Positions 40,019 to 52,358 of a stretch of DNA of 64,000 nt are shown here, one piece after another. The position numbers and the translations under genes are program-made. Source of the stretch: an uncultured Gammaproteobacteria bacterium (GTDB lineage: Bacteria; Pseudomonadota; Gammaproteobacteria; Steroidobacterales; BM003); assembly GCA_963823435.1 (NCBI GenBank), contig CAWGLN010000001.1:138365-202364 (forward strand). The letters run 5' to 3'. Under the pieces are notes generated by a model. It saw only the letters and a list, made by a program, of their open reading frames with translations, was not told the DNA's origin and ran no database searches. Numbering within the stretch: the first letter of the stretch is position 1; each line of letters starts with the position of its first letter.

Positions 40019-40258
40019 GTCCGGATTATTGACAGGCGAGATCCCGGAGCCGCAGGGATGGCCGGGTCTGCCGAATACCCTGATCTTCTCGTGAACACAG
40101 CTGTCTCGTCATGGGCCAGGCAGGCGAGATCAGCCACAGTCGGCGCCAGGAGTTGGGCGCCTGGGCCGCACAAGGAGCAATCTGCACCCGGGGGTGGTTG
40201 CCTAACCCGGTTCAAATCAGAGCTCGAAGGGACCTCCCGACGCCCTTGCCTCGGGGCT

Positions 40259-42579
40259 TCAGGCCGACATGGCATCCCGGGGATACAGGGACCGCGGGTG
40301 CCCAATGGCATATCCCTGGACAAAATCCACACCCAGGGCTTTTACGGCCTCGAAACTGACGTCGTCCTCAACTTCCTCGGCAATGATTTTGAAGTTCAGG
40401 CTCTTGCCGAGTTCGACCATGGCCGAAACCAGCGCCTGGTTGGCATAATCTTTCGACAGGCTGCGGACAAAGGAGCCATCAATCTTCAAGTAATCGATTG
40501 CCAGGTTCTTCAGATTGGCCAGCGAACCTATGCCACTACCGAAATCATCCAATGCAAACTTGCAGCCCATGCCGTGCAGTACACTGATAAAGCGATGGGC
40601 CTGCTTCAGATTGGCCACCACTGCGCCCTCGCTCACCTCGAAGCAAATACCGGCGGGTGCGACACCGCTACGATCCAGGGTCTCTACGACAAATTCCAGG
40701 AAGGTATCGTCCGCCAGGGTTTGACCAGAAAGATTGATGGCACAGCTTCGATGCGCGGGAAGTCGAATGGTTTCCCGCCCCAGGGCCGCCAGCGCCGTTT
40801 GCACCACCCAGCGATCCACGTAGGGCATGAGATGATAACGCTCCGCGGCACCCATGAATTCGCCGGGCAAAATCTCATTCCCCTCCTCGTCCCGCATACG
40901 CAGCAAGATCTCCATCGCCGGCCCGGGAACTGCTCGCCCAAAGGTCGACACAATCGGCTGAACATGCAGATCGAAGCGGTTCTCCCGCAGCGCAGTCTGG
41001 AGGCGTTGCAGCCACATGATTTCGCCCCGGTGGCGGGCCACGGCTTCATCCCGCGCCGAATACACATGCACCCGTCCACGCCCTTGTTGCTTGGCTATAT
41101 AGCAGGCCGAATCAGCAGCACTGACCAGATCCTCCAGGCTGCCGCTTTCGTTGGTTATTTCAACCATGCCCACGCTCACACCGATGTTGAAAATGCGGTC
41201 GCGCCAGACAAAACGATAGTCGCGCACGGCCCTCACGACGTCGTCGGAAATCTGCCGGGCCTTGTCCATCGGGCATCCGAGCAAAATCATGCCGAATTCA
41301 TCACCGCCCAGGCGGCCTACCAGGTCGGAATCTCTCACCTTGTCCCGAATGATGCCGGCGATTTCCCGCAACAAATTATCGCCCGCAGTGTGGCCGCAGG
41401 TGTCGTTTACGGCTTTGAACCTGTCCAGGTCCAGATAGCAAAGTATGTGTGCACTGTTTTTGGATCGCGCATCGCTCAATGTCTCGGTCAGTCGGCGCTC
41501 AAATTCCCGCCGGTTGATCAGACCGGTCAAGGCGTCATGACTTGCCTGGTAGGACATCTGGCGAGTCAAGCCGCGAATCTCCGTGACATCGTGAAGGACC
41601 ACGACCGCACCGATGGTAGCGCCGGAGATGTCCCGGATCGGGGAAGCGTTCAAATCTACCGAAAATTCCTGGTCACTTGCCGACGAGGCCAGCAGCGCAC
41701 GGCGGCCCACGCTCACCCGCTGTCCGTTTTCCAGCGCGATGCTCACCGGATCGGATATCGGTTTGCGGTCAAAATCGTCGACCAGCGACACCATGCTGGC
41801 GAAGTTCCGCCCCAGGGCATCGGCGCTGCGCACACCGATCAGGTGCTCGGCAGCGGAATTCATATAGTCGATATTGCCGCGGCGGTCGGTGGTAACCACA
41901 CCTTCCGAAATAGACTCCAGGGTAACCCGGGTTTGCAGCTTGCCGTGTTCCAGCGCATCCAGCATGGCTTTTTCCGTGCTGATGTTCTGGATTGAGGTGA
42001 GCAGGGCCGTTTGTTCACGGAATTCCGTAGGCTTGGAAGACAAACGTACCCAGATGCCATTTCCGTGGCGGTCCAATACCTGCACATCCATGGGTTCTGC
42101 CTGGGGCTTCCCTTTCAGCCACTCATTCATGGCCTCTGACGACCTGCTGCCGATAATCGGGGTGCAGTAGGTCTACAAAACTCTCTGCCGACGATGTCCG
42201 CCTGGCGAATACCGGTCAGGGACCCGAATCCGGTATTTGCAAACAAAATCTCTTGCTTGTGCACCAGTATCGCCTGGTCAAGATTGTCGGCAAGATTGTG
42301 GAACAGAACGTCTTGTCGGCGCAGTTTACGCTCGTTGGCATGGGCGAGTTCCAGAATCCGGTTGATACCAAGCTCCAGACCCGCCAGGTCATCCTCATCG
42401 TCGCTGAGGGAGACTCGCTCATGGAGCAACGCGCTCTTGGCGATTTGATCCACTTCCCGGGACAGGTGAAACAAATGTCTCTGGGCACGTCTCCCCTTCC
42501 AGGCAAGAACGCAGACATACGCGAGCACCACAAGCAAAACTGCGGTTATCAGTAACATTGTCTCGCCACCCACGGGCAT
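40259..42579 (-). pseudogene. Membrane-anchored PAS-PAS-GGDEF-EAL signalling protein, two apparent +1 indels near 42178 and 42130
   Basis: The N-terminal TM plus first PAS are in ORF 42127..42645 (...FANTGFGSLTGIRQADIVGREF). The segment VDLLHPDYRQQVVRGH is in a second frame. The rest is in ORF 40259..42130 and includes GGDEF (RLGGDEFGMIL) and EAL (EILLRM..., DDFGSG). Confidence 0.82.
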
Positions 42580-42745
42580 GCTCCGGCCTCTTGTTCTAGG
42601 GCATCGGGCAAGCATAGCCGAATGCCACTGATAACACGGTGTCAATTCACCATAATACGTCTGGCATGACTTGTCTCATGTATCCCGTAAGCCTTACCCT
42701 GAGCGCCCGATAATTCAGACAGCGTTTTGCGGAGAACATACTGCG

Positions 42746-43396
42746 ATGGACGTCAATTACGCACGCGAACAAATGGTAGAGCAGCAGGTTCGCGCCTGGG
42801 ACGTGCTGGACGAGCGCATCCTGGACACCTTGCGCAGCGTACCCAGAGAGTCCTTTGTGCCCGCGGAATACAGAAGCCTGGCCTATGCCGACACAGGAAT
42901 TCCGATAGGCCACGGTGAGTCCATGATGACCCCCATGCAAATCGGGCGTCTGCTGCAATCCCTGAAAATCGGCAACGACGATTATGTGCTTGAAGTGGGC
43001 ACCGGCAGCGGCTTTCTGACCGCCTGCCTGGCCATGCTGGCGGGAAAAGTGCTTAGCCTGGACATCCATGAGGACTTCACGCGGCGCGCAGCGCAGCGAG
43101 TTGCACAGCTCGGCCTTCGCAACGTGCGCCTTGAGACCCGGGATGCCACCGTGCTGGACGAGCAGAGCACCTACGACGTCATCGCTGTCACCGGGTCTTT
43201 GCCCAGGTACAGCGGAAACTATGAGAAGGCGCTCAAACCGGGCGGCCGGATGTTCGTGGTGTGCGGTGTGGGCGCGGTCATGGAGGCCATGCTGGTCACG
43301 CGTATTGGCGTCGACAAGTGGGTCCGCGACGTGCTCTTCGAAACCAGCCTGCCACCGCTGGCGAACAGCCAGCAGCCGGACAGTTTTCGTTTCTAG
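42746..43396 (+). CDS. Protein-L-isoaspartate O-methyltransferase-family SAM methyltransferase
   Basis: ORF 42671..43396, with a likely start at the ATG at 42746 (MDVNYAREQMVEQQVR). It has the SAM motif VLEVGTGSGFLTA. Lying upstream of tolC is a common arrangement. Confidence 0.7.
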   Translation: MDVNYAREQMVEQQVRAWDVLDERILDTLRSVPRESFVPAEYRSLAYADTGIPIGHGESMMTPMQIGRLLQSLKIGNDDYVLEVGTGSGFLTACLAMLAGKVLSLDIHEDFTRRAAQRVAQLGLRNVRLETRDATVLDEQSTYDVIAVTGSLPRYSGNYEKALKPGGRMFVVCGVGAVMEAMLVTRIGVDKWVRDVLFETSLPPLANSQQPDSFRF

Positions 43397-43609
43397 CGCA
43401 GCTCGATCATGGGTAGCCGACTTGCAGGTGGGCACTCTGATCCGGGATTGCTTGCAACCATTCTGCCTGGCTGTGGTCAGTGTTAGCGTGGGCCTTGCTT
43501 GAGCGTGTACCATTCAGGTTGCGGGCTGGGTCTCGACTTTTCGTGTTTTAGTGTTATAGTTAACCACAACACCTATGACAGAACGATTGAATCTAAAGGA
43601 ACTTTGACC

Positions 43610-45045
43610 ATGCGCCAGATTTGCCGAGTGTTTCTGAGCCTGTGTTTCGCCTTGCTGTCCATGCAACAGGCGGGCGCGGCCTCCCTGCTGGATGTCTACC
43701 AGAGTGCCCTGATCAGTGACCCCTCCATACGGGAGGCAGAGGCCAATCGCATGGTGGCCTATGAGCAAAAGCCCCAGGCACGCAGCCAGTTCTTGCCCCA
43801 GGTCAATCTGACCGGCAATTACCAGACCCGCAACCGCGAACGGTGACAATGACCAGGTGCAGTATACGGAAAATGGACTGGTCGCCATTCCCAACACTTT
43901 CGAGACCGGTTCGGATGACTGGAATCTGGATGTCTCCTTGCGCTCAGACACTGTTCCGCTGGGACCAGTACCAGACCTATAAACAGGCAGACAAGGTGGT
44001 AGCGAAAGCTGATGTGGACTACGAGATCGCCCGCCAGGGCTTGATGCTCAAGGTCTCCGAGCGGTATTTCAATGTCCTGGCGGCCAAAGACACCCTGGGC
44101 GCAGCAGAAGCAGCCCTGGGGGCCACTGCCCGGCAATTGGAACAGGCCGAGAAGCGTTTTGAGGTTGGCCTGATCGCCATCACCGACGTAAAGGAAGCCC
44201 AGGCCGCCTACGACAACACCACCGCCGCAGTAATCGCTGGCAAGCGCCAGCTGGCCACGGCACTTGAGTTGCTGCGTGAATTGACCGGTGAGTATTACTC
44301 GGAATTCCAGAAACCGGGCGATGATTTACCCCTCGCGATCCCGGCTCCCCAGGACCAGCAGGCCTGGGTCGATACGGCCCTGCAGCAGAATCTGAGCCTG
44401 GTTTCCAGCCAGATTTCGGTAGATATCGCCAGGGACGGTATCAAGATACAACGCGGTGGTCATTACCCCACCCTGGATTTGATCGCCAACTATCGCCTGG
44501 ATGATTCCGCCGGTAGTACCACCAGTACCGGTCCGGATCCAGATCCGACCGCTCCACCCGGATCAACGGTGACCTCATCTTTTGATACCGCCCAAAACGT
44601 TACCTCCGATTTGATAGGCATCCAGCTTATTGTTCCGATTTACTCGGGTGGCGGCACCTCGTCGCGGGTCAACGAGTACGTATACCGCCACAGGGCCGCC
44701 AAGGAAAGTCTGGAGCGGGTGATGCGCGAGACTGAAAGAACCGCGCGTGACGCCTACCTGGGCATCATGGCCGAGATGGCACGGGTGAAGGCGCTTAGAC
44801 GTGCAACGGAATCCAGCCAGACGGCCCTGGAGGCTACGGAGGCGGGATTTGAGGTGGGCACCCGTACTACCGTTGACGTACTGGCCTCCCGCCGCACCCT
44901 GTTCGACGCCGAAACCAATTACGCACGTGCCCGTTACGACTACATTCTGAATATCATTCGCCTGAAACAAGCTGCGGGAATACTCAATGAGGAAGACCTG
45001 GCCCGAATCAACGAATGGCTGGATTTGACGGTGAGTACGCGCTAG
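43610..45045 (+). pseudogene. tolC: Outer-membrane efflux channel TolC, two apparent +1 indels near 43841 and 43944
   Basis: The ATG at 43610 has an AAAGGA Shine-Dalgarno and a signal peptide (MRQICRVFLSLCFALLSMQQAGA). The gene reads through three frames: LLDVYQSAL...NYQTRN, then GDNDQVQYTENG...LDVSLR, then QTLFRWDQYQTYKQA...FEVGLIAITDV.... Confidence 0.85.
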
Positions 45046-46352
45046 GAGGCGTCGGGGAAAAGATCCGCGAGCAGCGGCTGCAGCAAACCAAGCAGTCGAG
45101 GCAACGTCTCCCGATTCTCGGCCAGCACTTTCAATCCCGCGGTAGCGAGTTGCGCGCGCGCCGCGGGATCATCAAGTAACACCTGGACCTCGGCCGCAAG
45201 ACCGGGCGATCCCTCGACAACCCGCATGGCCCTGGCCTGCAAAAACAACTCGGTAATATCCGCAGCATTGAAGTTATGCGGGCCAACCACCACCGGCACA
45301 CCAAGGGAGGCAGGCTCCAGCAGGTTGTGACCGCCGATGGACACCAGGCTGCCGCCCACGAAGGCCACATCCGAGGCCGCATAAAACATCATCAACTCCC
45401 CCAGGGTATCCACCAGCAGCACCTCGGTTTGCGCCTCCGGGGACTCGCCCAGACTGCGGCGGCGGCAGCTAAAACCGGCTTTCTCCACCAAGGCCGCCAC
45501 CCCGTCGAATCGCTCTGGATGCCTGGGTACAAGTATCAAAAGGGCCTGCGGATTATGCTCCAGGAGCCGCCTGTGGGCCTCAAGCACCAATTCTTCCTCG
45601 CCCTCGTGGGTGCTGGCCGCCAGCCAGACCGATCGATCCGCCATATGGGCCTTGCGGTAGGCCTTGCCCCGCTCCGCCACGTCGGCGGCTGACTCAATGC
45701 CAAACTTGATGTTTCCCACAACGTGGGTTCGCAGAGGATTGGAGCCTATGGAAAGAAATCGTTCGGCATCCTGCTTGCTCTGGGCTGCTATTACTATTCC
45801 ATGCGACAGCGTCTGGCGAAATAACTCTACCAGTAGGCGGTACTTCTTCACGGACCGTTCAGAAACCCGGGCATTGGCCATGACCAGGGGAATGCCGCGA
45901 CGACCACATTCATGGTAAAGATTTGGCCAGATCTCGGTTTCCATGATGATCGCCAGGCGAGGATTGAAGCGATTAAAGAATCTCTTCACCGCGCCCGGCA
46001 GATCATAGGGCACATAGCTATGCATGACGGTGTCCCCAAACAGCGCACGCGCCCTGTCCGCGCCGGTGGGGGTCATGGTCGTAATGACCAGGGGCACCCC
46101 CGGCTTGCGCTCCATCAGGAGCGAGATCAGAGGCGCCGCGGCCTGCACCTCGCCGACTGATACAGCATGTACCCAGATACTGGGCTTGTCGGTCCGCGCC
46201 CGACCAAAGCCCAGGCGCTCGTCCAGGCCTTTCCAGTAACCGTGGTTGGAAAATCCTTTTTTTATCAGGAAAGCGAATACCAGCGGTGCCACGAGCAGCG
46301 ACAAGATGACGTAGGCGAAGCGCAGCAGCCCGGCCTTGAGATCACGGTTCAC
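45042..46352 (-). CDS. waaA: 3-deoxy-D-manno-octulosonic acid (Kdo) transferase
   Basis: 436-aa ORF. It has an N-terminal membrane anchor, [11 protein letters not shown], and the GT30 C-terminal domain ([17 protein letters not shown]). Confidence 0.9.
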   Translation of the reverse strand: MNRDLKAGLLRFAYVILSLLVAPLVFAFLIKKGFSNHGYWKGLDERLGFGRARTDKPSIWVHAVSVGEVQAAAPLISLLMERKPGVPLVITTMTPTGADRARALFGDTVMHSYVPYDLPGAVKRFFNRFNPRLAIIMETEIWPNLYHECGRRGIPLVMANARVSERSVKKYRLLVELFRQTLSHGIVIAAQSKQDAERFLSIGSNPLRTHVVGNIKFGIESAADVAERGKAYRKAHMADRSVWLAASTHEGEEELVLEAHRRLLEHNPQALLILVPRHPERFDGVAALVEKAGFSCRRRSLGESPEAQTEVLLVDTLGELMMFYAASDVAFVGGSLVSIGGHNLLEPASLGVPVVVGPHNFNAADITELFLQARAMRVVEGSPGLAAEVQVLLDDPAARAQLATAGLKVLAENRETLPRLLGLLQPLLADLFPDAS

Positions 46353-47772
46353 GGCTTGCGGATAGCGTCAATAATTGAGGACGTTGATCGGCCCTCCAGA
46401 AAAGACAGGACTTTCACCTCGCCGCCATTGTCCAGCACACAGCGGGCCCCGGCGATCTGTTCGGGCAGGTAGTCGCCTCCCTTCACCAGGACATCGGGCA
46501 ACACGTCGCAGATCAGGGCTTCCGGGGTGTCCTCGCTGAAAGGCACCACCCAGTCCACTGCCGCCAGACCACCCAGGACCGCCATGCGGTCATCAAGGTT
46601 GTTCACGGGCCGACCTTCGCCCTTTAGCTTGCGCACCGAGGCATCATCGTTGACCGCGACTACCAACCGGTTACCCAGGGCCTTGGCCTCTTCCAGGTAG
46701 GCCACGTGCCCCCGGTGCAATATGTCGAAACAACCGTTGGTCATCACCACGCGTTCGCCACGCGCCTGGGCCTCGCGTACGAAAAGCAGTAACTGCTCTC
46801 GCCCGGGTATCGCGCGCCCCCCTTTTCCATGCTGGTGCAATGCAAGTCGCAACTCAGACACAGACACGGTGGCCACACCGATCTTGCGCACGACGATTCC
46901 GGCGGCCAGGTTGGCCAGGCGAGCCGCATCGGCCATCTCCAGTCCGGCTGCCAGGCCGGCGCCCAGCATCGCAATGACAGTGTCTCCCGCGCCGGTCACA
47001 TCGAATACTTCGCGGGCCTCGGCCGGCAAATGATGCGCCTCACGGTTGGCCGAGACCACGGACATGCCGCGCTCGCTGCGGGTGACCACGATGTGCTCAA
47101 GCCCGAGATCGGAAAGCAGGCCCGCGGCTTCGTGAACCAGCGTTTCATCATCAGGACATGCGCCGACCACGGCTTCGAATTCGGACAGGTTCGGGGTAAT
47201 CGCAAAGGCCCCTGCATAGCGACCGAAGTCCCGGCCCTTGGGGTCGACCAGCACCGGAACGCCGCGCTTGCGACAGGCGCAAGAATATCCTGGATCTGCT
47301 GCAGCGCGCCCTTGTCGTAATCCGAACAAATGACCAGGTCGGTCTGATCCAGCAGCTGTGTCACGCGCCTGGTCAGACCGGGCGCACATTCTGCGGGGTA
47401 GCGGTCCTCGAAATCCAGGCGTATCAACTGCTGGTTTCGACTGAGCACCCTCAACTTGGTAATCGTGGGCGAACCCGCTACGGTCTCAAATTCGCAGCGA
47501 ATATTCCTGGCTTGCAACAACCCGGCTAACTCGGTGGCTGCTTCATCCTCACCCACCAGACCCACCAGGGTGGTTTGCACACCCACGCTGGCAAGGTTCA
47601 CGGCCACGTTGGCTGCACCTCCCGGCCGATCCTCGCGCTCATTTACCCGGACTACCGGTACCGGAGCCTCGGGAGAAATCCGGTTGGTGGGCCCAAACCA
47701 GTAGCGATCGAGCATGACATCGCCAACCACCAGGACCCGGGCCTGGCGAAATTCCGGAATGCTAAGGGTCAT
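46349..47772 (-). pseudogene. hldE: Bifunctional D-beta-D-heptose 7-phosphate kinase / heptose 1-phosphate adenylyltransferase, one apparent -1 indel near 47278
   Basis: The kinase N-terminus is in ORF 46996..47772 (VLVVGDVMLDRYW...[15 protein letters not shown]). It then continues as [15 protein letters not shown]...GAGDTVIA plus the cytidylyltransferase domain ([16 protein letters not shown]) in ORF 46349..47389. Confidence 0.88.
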
Positions 47773-47917
47773 GGCCTGTTACTTCCCCGTTTAAATTCCC
47801 ATGGAAATCTTGCGCGATGTTATCACAGCAGCCCGCCGACTCCTGCCCACTCGGCTCAGCGGCCGGAAAAAGATAGAATGCATTTTTCATGGAGATTGGT
47901 CATTGAACGATAGTCGC

Positions 47918-48853
47918 ATGCCCCTGCATCATTTCCTGGGCCCCAGGTACTGGTTACTCTGGCTTGGCCTGGGACTGATGCGCCTGGTCAGCCTGCTGCC
48001 TGTGGCGCCGGCCATGCGACTTGGCAGGGGTCTTGGCAGGCTTATGTACCGGGTGCTGCCCAAGCGCCGCTATGTGGCTGAACGCAACATCGAGTTGATC
48101 TATCCCGAGCTCGGCTCACAACAACGCGAGCAGCTGGTGAAAGATATTTTCGCCTCCCTGGGTATGTCGATAATAGAGACCACCTGGAGCTGGTGGGCCA
48201 GCGACCGGCGCGTGCACGCAATGCAGCACCTGGAGGGTATGGAGCACCTTGAACAGGCCCTGGCGAAGGGCCAGGGCGTGATTTTGCTCACTGCCCATTT
48301 CACCACGCTGGAGCTCACCGGACGTATGCTGTGCAAGGGCAGGCCCGACATCTTTGCCATGTACCGGCGCCACCGCAATCCCCTGTTCCAGGAAATAATG
48401 CGTCGCGGCCGTGAACGCAGCGCGCCACAGATCGCCAAGCAAGACGTGCGGGAGATGATCCGGGTCCTGAAACGGGGCAAGGCAGTCTGGTATGCACCTG
48501 ACCAGGCTTTTCGCGGAAAAATGAGCACCATCGCCAACTTCTTCGGTCTGCCCTGTGCCACCAATACGGCCACCTCGCGCATGGCCAGGATGACCGGCGC
48601 CGCGGTAGTGCCTTTCCTGTCACAGCGTCTGCCGGGCACTGAAGGGTATCTTGTAAAATTGCTCCCGGCGCTGGAGAACTTCCCCGGCGATGATACCGAG
48701 GCTGATACACAACGGGTAAACGACCTGATCGAATCCTGGATTCGCCAGGTACCGGACCAGTACCTGTGGGTGCACCGGAGATTCAAACCCGAACATGAAG
48801 GCATGGAATCGCTCTATAAGGTCAATCCTCACAGGAAACGTCCACCGCAATAA
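47918..48853 (+). CDS. lpxL: Lipid A biosynthesis lauroyl/myristoyl acyltransferase (LpxL/HtrB family)
   Basis: ORF 47801..48853, with a likely start at the ATG at 47918 (MPLHHFLGPRYWLLWLGLGL). It has the HFTTLE catalytic H(x)4E motif and PDQ. Confidence 0.82.
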   Translation: MPLHHFLGPRYWLLWLGLGLMRLVSLLPVAPAMRLGRGLGRLMYRVLPKRRYVAERNIELIYPELGSQQREQLVKDIFASLGMSIIETTWSWWASDRRVHAMQHLEGMEHLEQALAKGQGVILLTAHFTTLELTGRMLCKGRPDIFAMYRRHRNPLFQEIMRRGRERSAPQIAKQDVREMIRVLKRGKAVWYAPDQAFRGKMSTIANFFGLPCATNTATSRMARMTGAAVVPFLSQRLPGTEGYLVKLLPALENFPGDDTEADTQRVNDLIESWIRQVPDQYLWVHRRFKPEHEGMESLYKVNPHRKRPPQ

Positions 48854-48855
48854 CC

Positions 48856-49134
48856 ATGCTTGATCATCCCATCCAGTTTTTGCTCAGCCTGGTTCTGCTG
48901 ATCGGTCTGCTGGGCTGGCGTATCAGGGCGCGCCTGGTCAGGACACGGTCGCACCGTCGCTTACCGGCCTGGCGCTGGTTGCTGCAAGGCCTTGCAGGAC
49001 TCCTGGCACTATTGATCCTGCTTCTGGCGCTGGCCGACAGCACCCGTTTCGTCGGGATCAATATTTGCCTGGACCCGTGGCCCGGCCAGACCTGGTGCAA
49101 TTACCCGGGAGAGAGGGATACTGCCGCTGACTAG
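48856..49134 (+). CDS. Hypothetical small membrane protein
   Basis: 92-aa ORF with two hydrophobic helices, packed tightly between lpxL and waaF. I recognise no family. Confidence 0.4.
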   Translation: MLDHPIQFLLSLVLLIGLLGWRIRARLVRTRSHRRLPAWRWLLQGLAGLLALLILLLALADSTRFVGINICLDPWPGQTWCNYPGERDTAAD

Positions 49135-50141
49135 GCTGGGGGTGGCAGGTCAGCAATCACCCGCGCCACATCAATCTTGGTCAAGCAATCCAGGTGACCC
49201 AGGGGACAGACCCGTTTGAAACAGGGACTGCAATCCAGACGCAGGTAATGCACCTGCGCCTTCCGGGTCAACGGCGGCGTGAAATCCGGCGTAGTAGAGC
49301 CATAGAGGGCAATCACCCGGGTATCCACCGCCGCGGCCACGTGCATTAACCCGGAATCGTTGGTAATCACGGCCTGGCTGGCAGCCAGCAAATCGATAGC
49401 GTCTTCCAGGCGGGTCTTGCCGCACAGGTTCACCGCCGCGCCACCGGAGCCCGCGGCAATCACCTCACCGGCTGCGGCGTCTTTTTGCGACCCCATGACC
49501 CAGACCTGGTAGCCACGCTTTCCAAGAATCCTCGCAGCATCAGCAAAATACTCCAGTGGCCAGCACTTGGCCGGTCCGTACTCTGCGCCAGGCAGGAGCG
49601 CCACCGCCACGTCCGCAAGCTCCAATTGTTGTATCAACCTCGCCTGGTTGTCCGGTCTCACAAGCAAGGCCGGCGCCGGGACATGCGGTGGCTGATCCGC
49701 ATCGCGAGGCTGCCCCAATGCAACGAACCGCTGCACAGTCTGGGTCAATACCGATTTTTTCAGACGGCGAACATCGTTGATCAAGCCGTAGCGCAGCTCG
49801 CCAAGATAGCCTGTACGCACCGGAATACCGGCATGAAAGGGGACCAGCGCCGACTTGAATGATCGTGGCAATACGATGGCGCGACTGTAATCCTGTCCGG
49901 CCAGCGAGCGGCCCAGTTGACGTCTCACCGACCAGGCAAAACGGCCGTGCCCCAGGGGCATTGTGATAGCGCTCCGAACTTGCGGCATACGGGCCAACAC
50001 CGGCTCCGACCACCCCGGCGCCAGTACGTCAATGCTGCAACCCGGCCAACGTTGCTTGAGGCTGATAAACAACGATTGGGCCATGACCATGTCACCCACC
50101 CAGGAAGGTCCCACCACCAGTATGCGTTCCGCACTGCTCAA
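49131..50141 (-). CDS. waaF: ADP-heptose:LPS heptosyltransferase II
   Basis: 336-aa ORF. ILVVGPSWVGDMVMAQSL, MPLGHG and LPRSFKSALVPFHAGIP...GELRYGLINDVR are WaaF (GT9) signatures. Confidence 0.88.
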   Translation of the reverse strand: MSSAERILVVGPSWVGDMVMAQSLFISLKQRWPGCSIDVLAPGWSEPVLARMPQVRSAITMPLGHGRFAWSVRRQLGRSLAGQDYSRAIVLPRSFKSALVPFHAGIPVRTGYLGELRYGLINDVRRLKKSVLTQTVQRFVALGQPRDADQPPHVPAPALLVRPDNQARLIQQLELADVAVALLPGAEYGPAKCWPLEYFADAARILGKRGYQVWVMGSQKDAAAGEVIAAGSGGAAVNLCGKTRLEDAIDLLAASQAVITNDSGLMHVAAAVDTRVIALYGSTTPDFTPPLTRKAQVHYLRLDCSPCFKRVCPLGHLDCLTKIDVARVIADLPPPA

Positions 50142-50182
50142 GCCAGGTACTCCATTTCAGCCCGGGTCGGGATAGCCTCGTA

Positions 50183-51124
50183 CTAGGCCCTCGCCAATTG
50201 GTCCAGGTAGGCCTTCACGCCCTGCTCCACACTCAGAAACGGTTGATCGTATCCCACTCGTCTGAGCTGGGACATGTCGGCCTCGGTAAAGCTCTGGTAG
50301 ACATTCTTCAGGTGCTCGGGGAAAGCTACGTAACGGATTTTTCCCTTGCCATGCCAGTTGATGACCGCCTGGGCCATCTCGTTAAAACTCTGGCTGCGGC
50401 CACTGCCGCAATTGAACACACCGCTGACCTGCGGATGCTCCCACATCCACAGGTTTACATTCACCGCATCGCCAACGTAAACAAAATCCCTGCGCTGCTC
50501 GCCGTCAGCGTAGCCGTCGCAGCCTTCAAATAATCGCAGTTCGCCGCTTTCCCTAATCTGGTTGTTGAAGTGGAAAGCGACGCTGGCCATGCTGCCTTTA
50601 TGCTGCTCACGTGGCCCGTATACATTGAAATAACGCAACCCTGCCACCTGGCATGAGAAAGTGTCCAGACGTCGACGCACGTATTGATCAAACAGGAATT
50701 TCGAATATCCGTAGACATTCAGCGCCTGCTCGTTCTCAAGCCCCTCCGAGAAAATCGGGCCGGCGCCATACACCGATGCGGATGAGGCATAGATAAAGGG
50801 TACGGAATGCTCTTGGCAGTAATGCAGCAATTGCCTGGAGTACTCGAAATTGTTGGCCATCATATAGCGGCCGTCCCACTCGGTGGTGGTGGAACAGGCA
50901 CCCTGGTGAAACAACACTTCAGGAGCAGGCATGTCGCCGCCCGTCACCTTGTCCAGGTAGTCGTCCCGGTCCAGGTAGTCGGCGATCTCGCAATCGGCCA
51001 GGTTGACGAATTTATGTCCGTCGCTGAGTTCGTCCACGACCAGGATATCCCTATGCCCGCGGCGATTCAGTTCTTTCACCAGGTTGCTACCTATGAACCC
51101 GGCGCCACCAGTCACTACAATCAC
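50183..51124 (-). CDS. hldD: ADP-L-glycero-D-manno-heptose 6-epimerase
   Basis: 313-aa ORF. It has [23 protein letters not shown] and YGYSK (the SDR catalytic motif). Confidence 0.92.
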   Translation of the reverse strand: MIVVTGGAGFIGSNLVKELNRRGHRDILVVDELSDGHKFVNLADCEIADYLDRDDYLDKVTGGDMPAPEVLFHQGACSTTTEWDGRYMMANNFEYSRQLLHYCQEHSVPFIYASSASVYGAGPIFSEGLENEQALNVYGYSKFLFDQYVRRRLDTFSCQVAGLRYFNVYGPREQHKGSMASVAFHFNNQIRESGELRLFEGCDGYADGEQRRDFVYVGDAVNVNLWMWEHPQVSGVFNCGSGRSQSFNEMAQAVINWHGKGKIRYVAFPEHLKNVYQSFTEADMSQLRRVGYDQPFLSVEQGVKAYLDQLARA

Positions 51125-51278
51125 TTGGTCAGCCTCTCTTGATACCGGGTCAGCGAATTTTCAGGACCGTCTGCCAGTCACCTGTTGCGGACCACAGACC
51201 CGGTTCCTGTGATCCTGACGTTCAATGATATCCCATCCGGCACCCGGACTGACCCGGCAACCATGCCAGGCGGTCATC

Positions 51279-52358
51279 TCACACCCAGGTCCGGACTTCC
51301 TCATAAATGGGGATGTAGCGTGCGGCCATGATCTGGGCAGTAAACTCACGACTGCGCTTCTTTCCGGCCAGACCCATGGCTCGGCGCAGGTCTTCATTCT
51401 CATACAGGCTCAGGATGCCCTGGCGAAGCTGCGCCGGATCGGAGGCCGGCACCAGGATTCCGGTCTCGCCGTTCACCACGACCTCGGGAATCCCCCCCAC
51501 ATCACTGGCTACCACCGCCAGGCCATGGTCCATCACATCCAGCAACACCGACCCCAGACCCTCTTTCAGGGAGGGAAAGGCGAACATATCGAATGCTTCG
51601 AGATAGTCTCCGACACGCTCCTGAAACCCGGCAAAATGCACATTCTCCAGCCCTGCTGCTTGCTGCCGGAAACTCTCTTCGTCCCGACCCGAACCGACAA
51701 ATACAAAATGGATGGCGGGGTGGCTGTCGCTGAATTCCCTGGCAACCGTAATCAGATCGCCCTGCCCCTTAAGCGCGTTGTCCAGTGCGCCCACGTTGCC
51801 AACGATAAATTTTCCGCCCCACTGCGCGCGCAACTGTTGTGCGGCAGCGGGATTTACGGCCAGGGATTCAAAGGCATCCGGGATTATTGTGACGCTCTCA
51901 CCCGGCATCGAAAGGGCCTCGCTCATGGCCTCGGCCACCGCCCTGGAAATCGCCACGATCTTGCTGGCGCCAGCGTAGGCGCGACGGGTGAACCAACCTG
52001 CATTCGGGCGACTCATTACTCTTCTGGTCAGAATGTAAGGCACCCCCGAAAGGAGCTTGCGAACATAGGCGGGGTAAACCGCACGGCCCTGGTGTACATG
52101 CACCAGGTCCGGTCTGCCTATCCGGACAAGTGCAGACAACAACCCTGAACAGAAGCGGACCTCCAGTCCCGGCACATCGGACAGGCGCTGCGCAAGTACT
52201 GCGCCGGATCTCAACACGAGTCTCTGATTCCACCCACGCCCGGCAAGTTGTCGCACCAGTAACTCGGTTTGCCGCTCCCCACCCCGAAATCCGCGGTCAA
52301 GGTTCACGTGGCAGACAAACGGATGAAGGGAGTCCGACCTGTCTTCAGCCGGATGCAT
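51279..52358 (-). CDS. Glycosyltransferase family 4 (LPS-core glycosyltransferase)
   Basis: 359-aa ORF with a GT-B fold and the C-terminal EX7E-type motif region (FPSLKEGLGSVLLDVMDHGLAVVASDVGGIPEVV). Confidence 0.75.
   Translation of the reverse strand: MHPAEDRSDSLHPFVCHVNLDRGFRGGERQTELLVRQLAGRGWNQRLVLRSGAVLAQRLSDVPGLEVRFCSGLLSALVRIGRPDLVHVHQGRAVYPAYVRKLLSGVPYILTRRVMSRPNAGWFTRRAYAGASKIVAISRAVAEAMSEALSMPGESVTIIPDAFESLAVNPAAAQQLRAQWGGKFIVGNVGALDNALKGQGDLITVAREFSDSHPAIHFVFVGSGRDEESFRQQAAGLENVHFAGFQERVGDYLEAFDMFAFPSLKEGLGSVLLDVMDHGLAVVASDVGGIPEVVVNGETGILVPASDPAQLRQGILSLYENEDLRRAMGLAGKKRSREFTAQIMAARYIPIYEEVRTWV

Noticed and set aside
40018-40258. A fourth copy of the palindromic element, or an sRNA, between the hppA terminator and the GGDEF-EAL stop (contains caaatcagagctc and a caggcgagatc direct repeat)
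   Set aside because: Only an ~11-nt resemblance to the element terminus is present. The characteristic internal blocks (aagtag..gctggc, gccaatc) are missing, so the evidence is insufficient.
37969-40332. 787-aa minus-strand ORF, plus similar long ORFs at 40016..41995 (+), 56845..58170 (+), 15052..16056 (+), 1492..2406 (-), 27798..28733 (+), 36707..37771 (-), 53860..54696 (+) and 55477..56322 (+)
   Set aside because: Each is antisense to a strongly supported gene (hppA, GGDEF-EAL, groEL, mpl, ahcY, crbS, pfp, glnE). Their composition is Gly/Arg/His/Gln-rich and low-complexity, which is typical of shadow ORFs in high-GC DNA.
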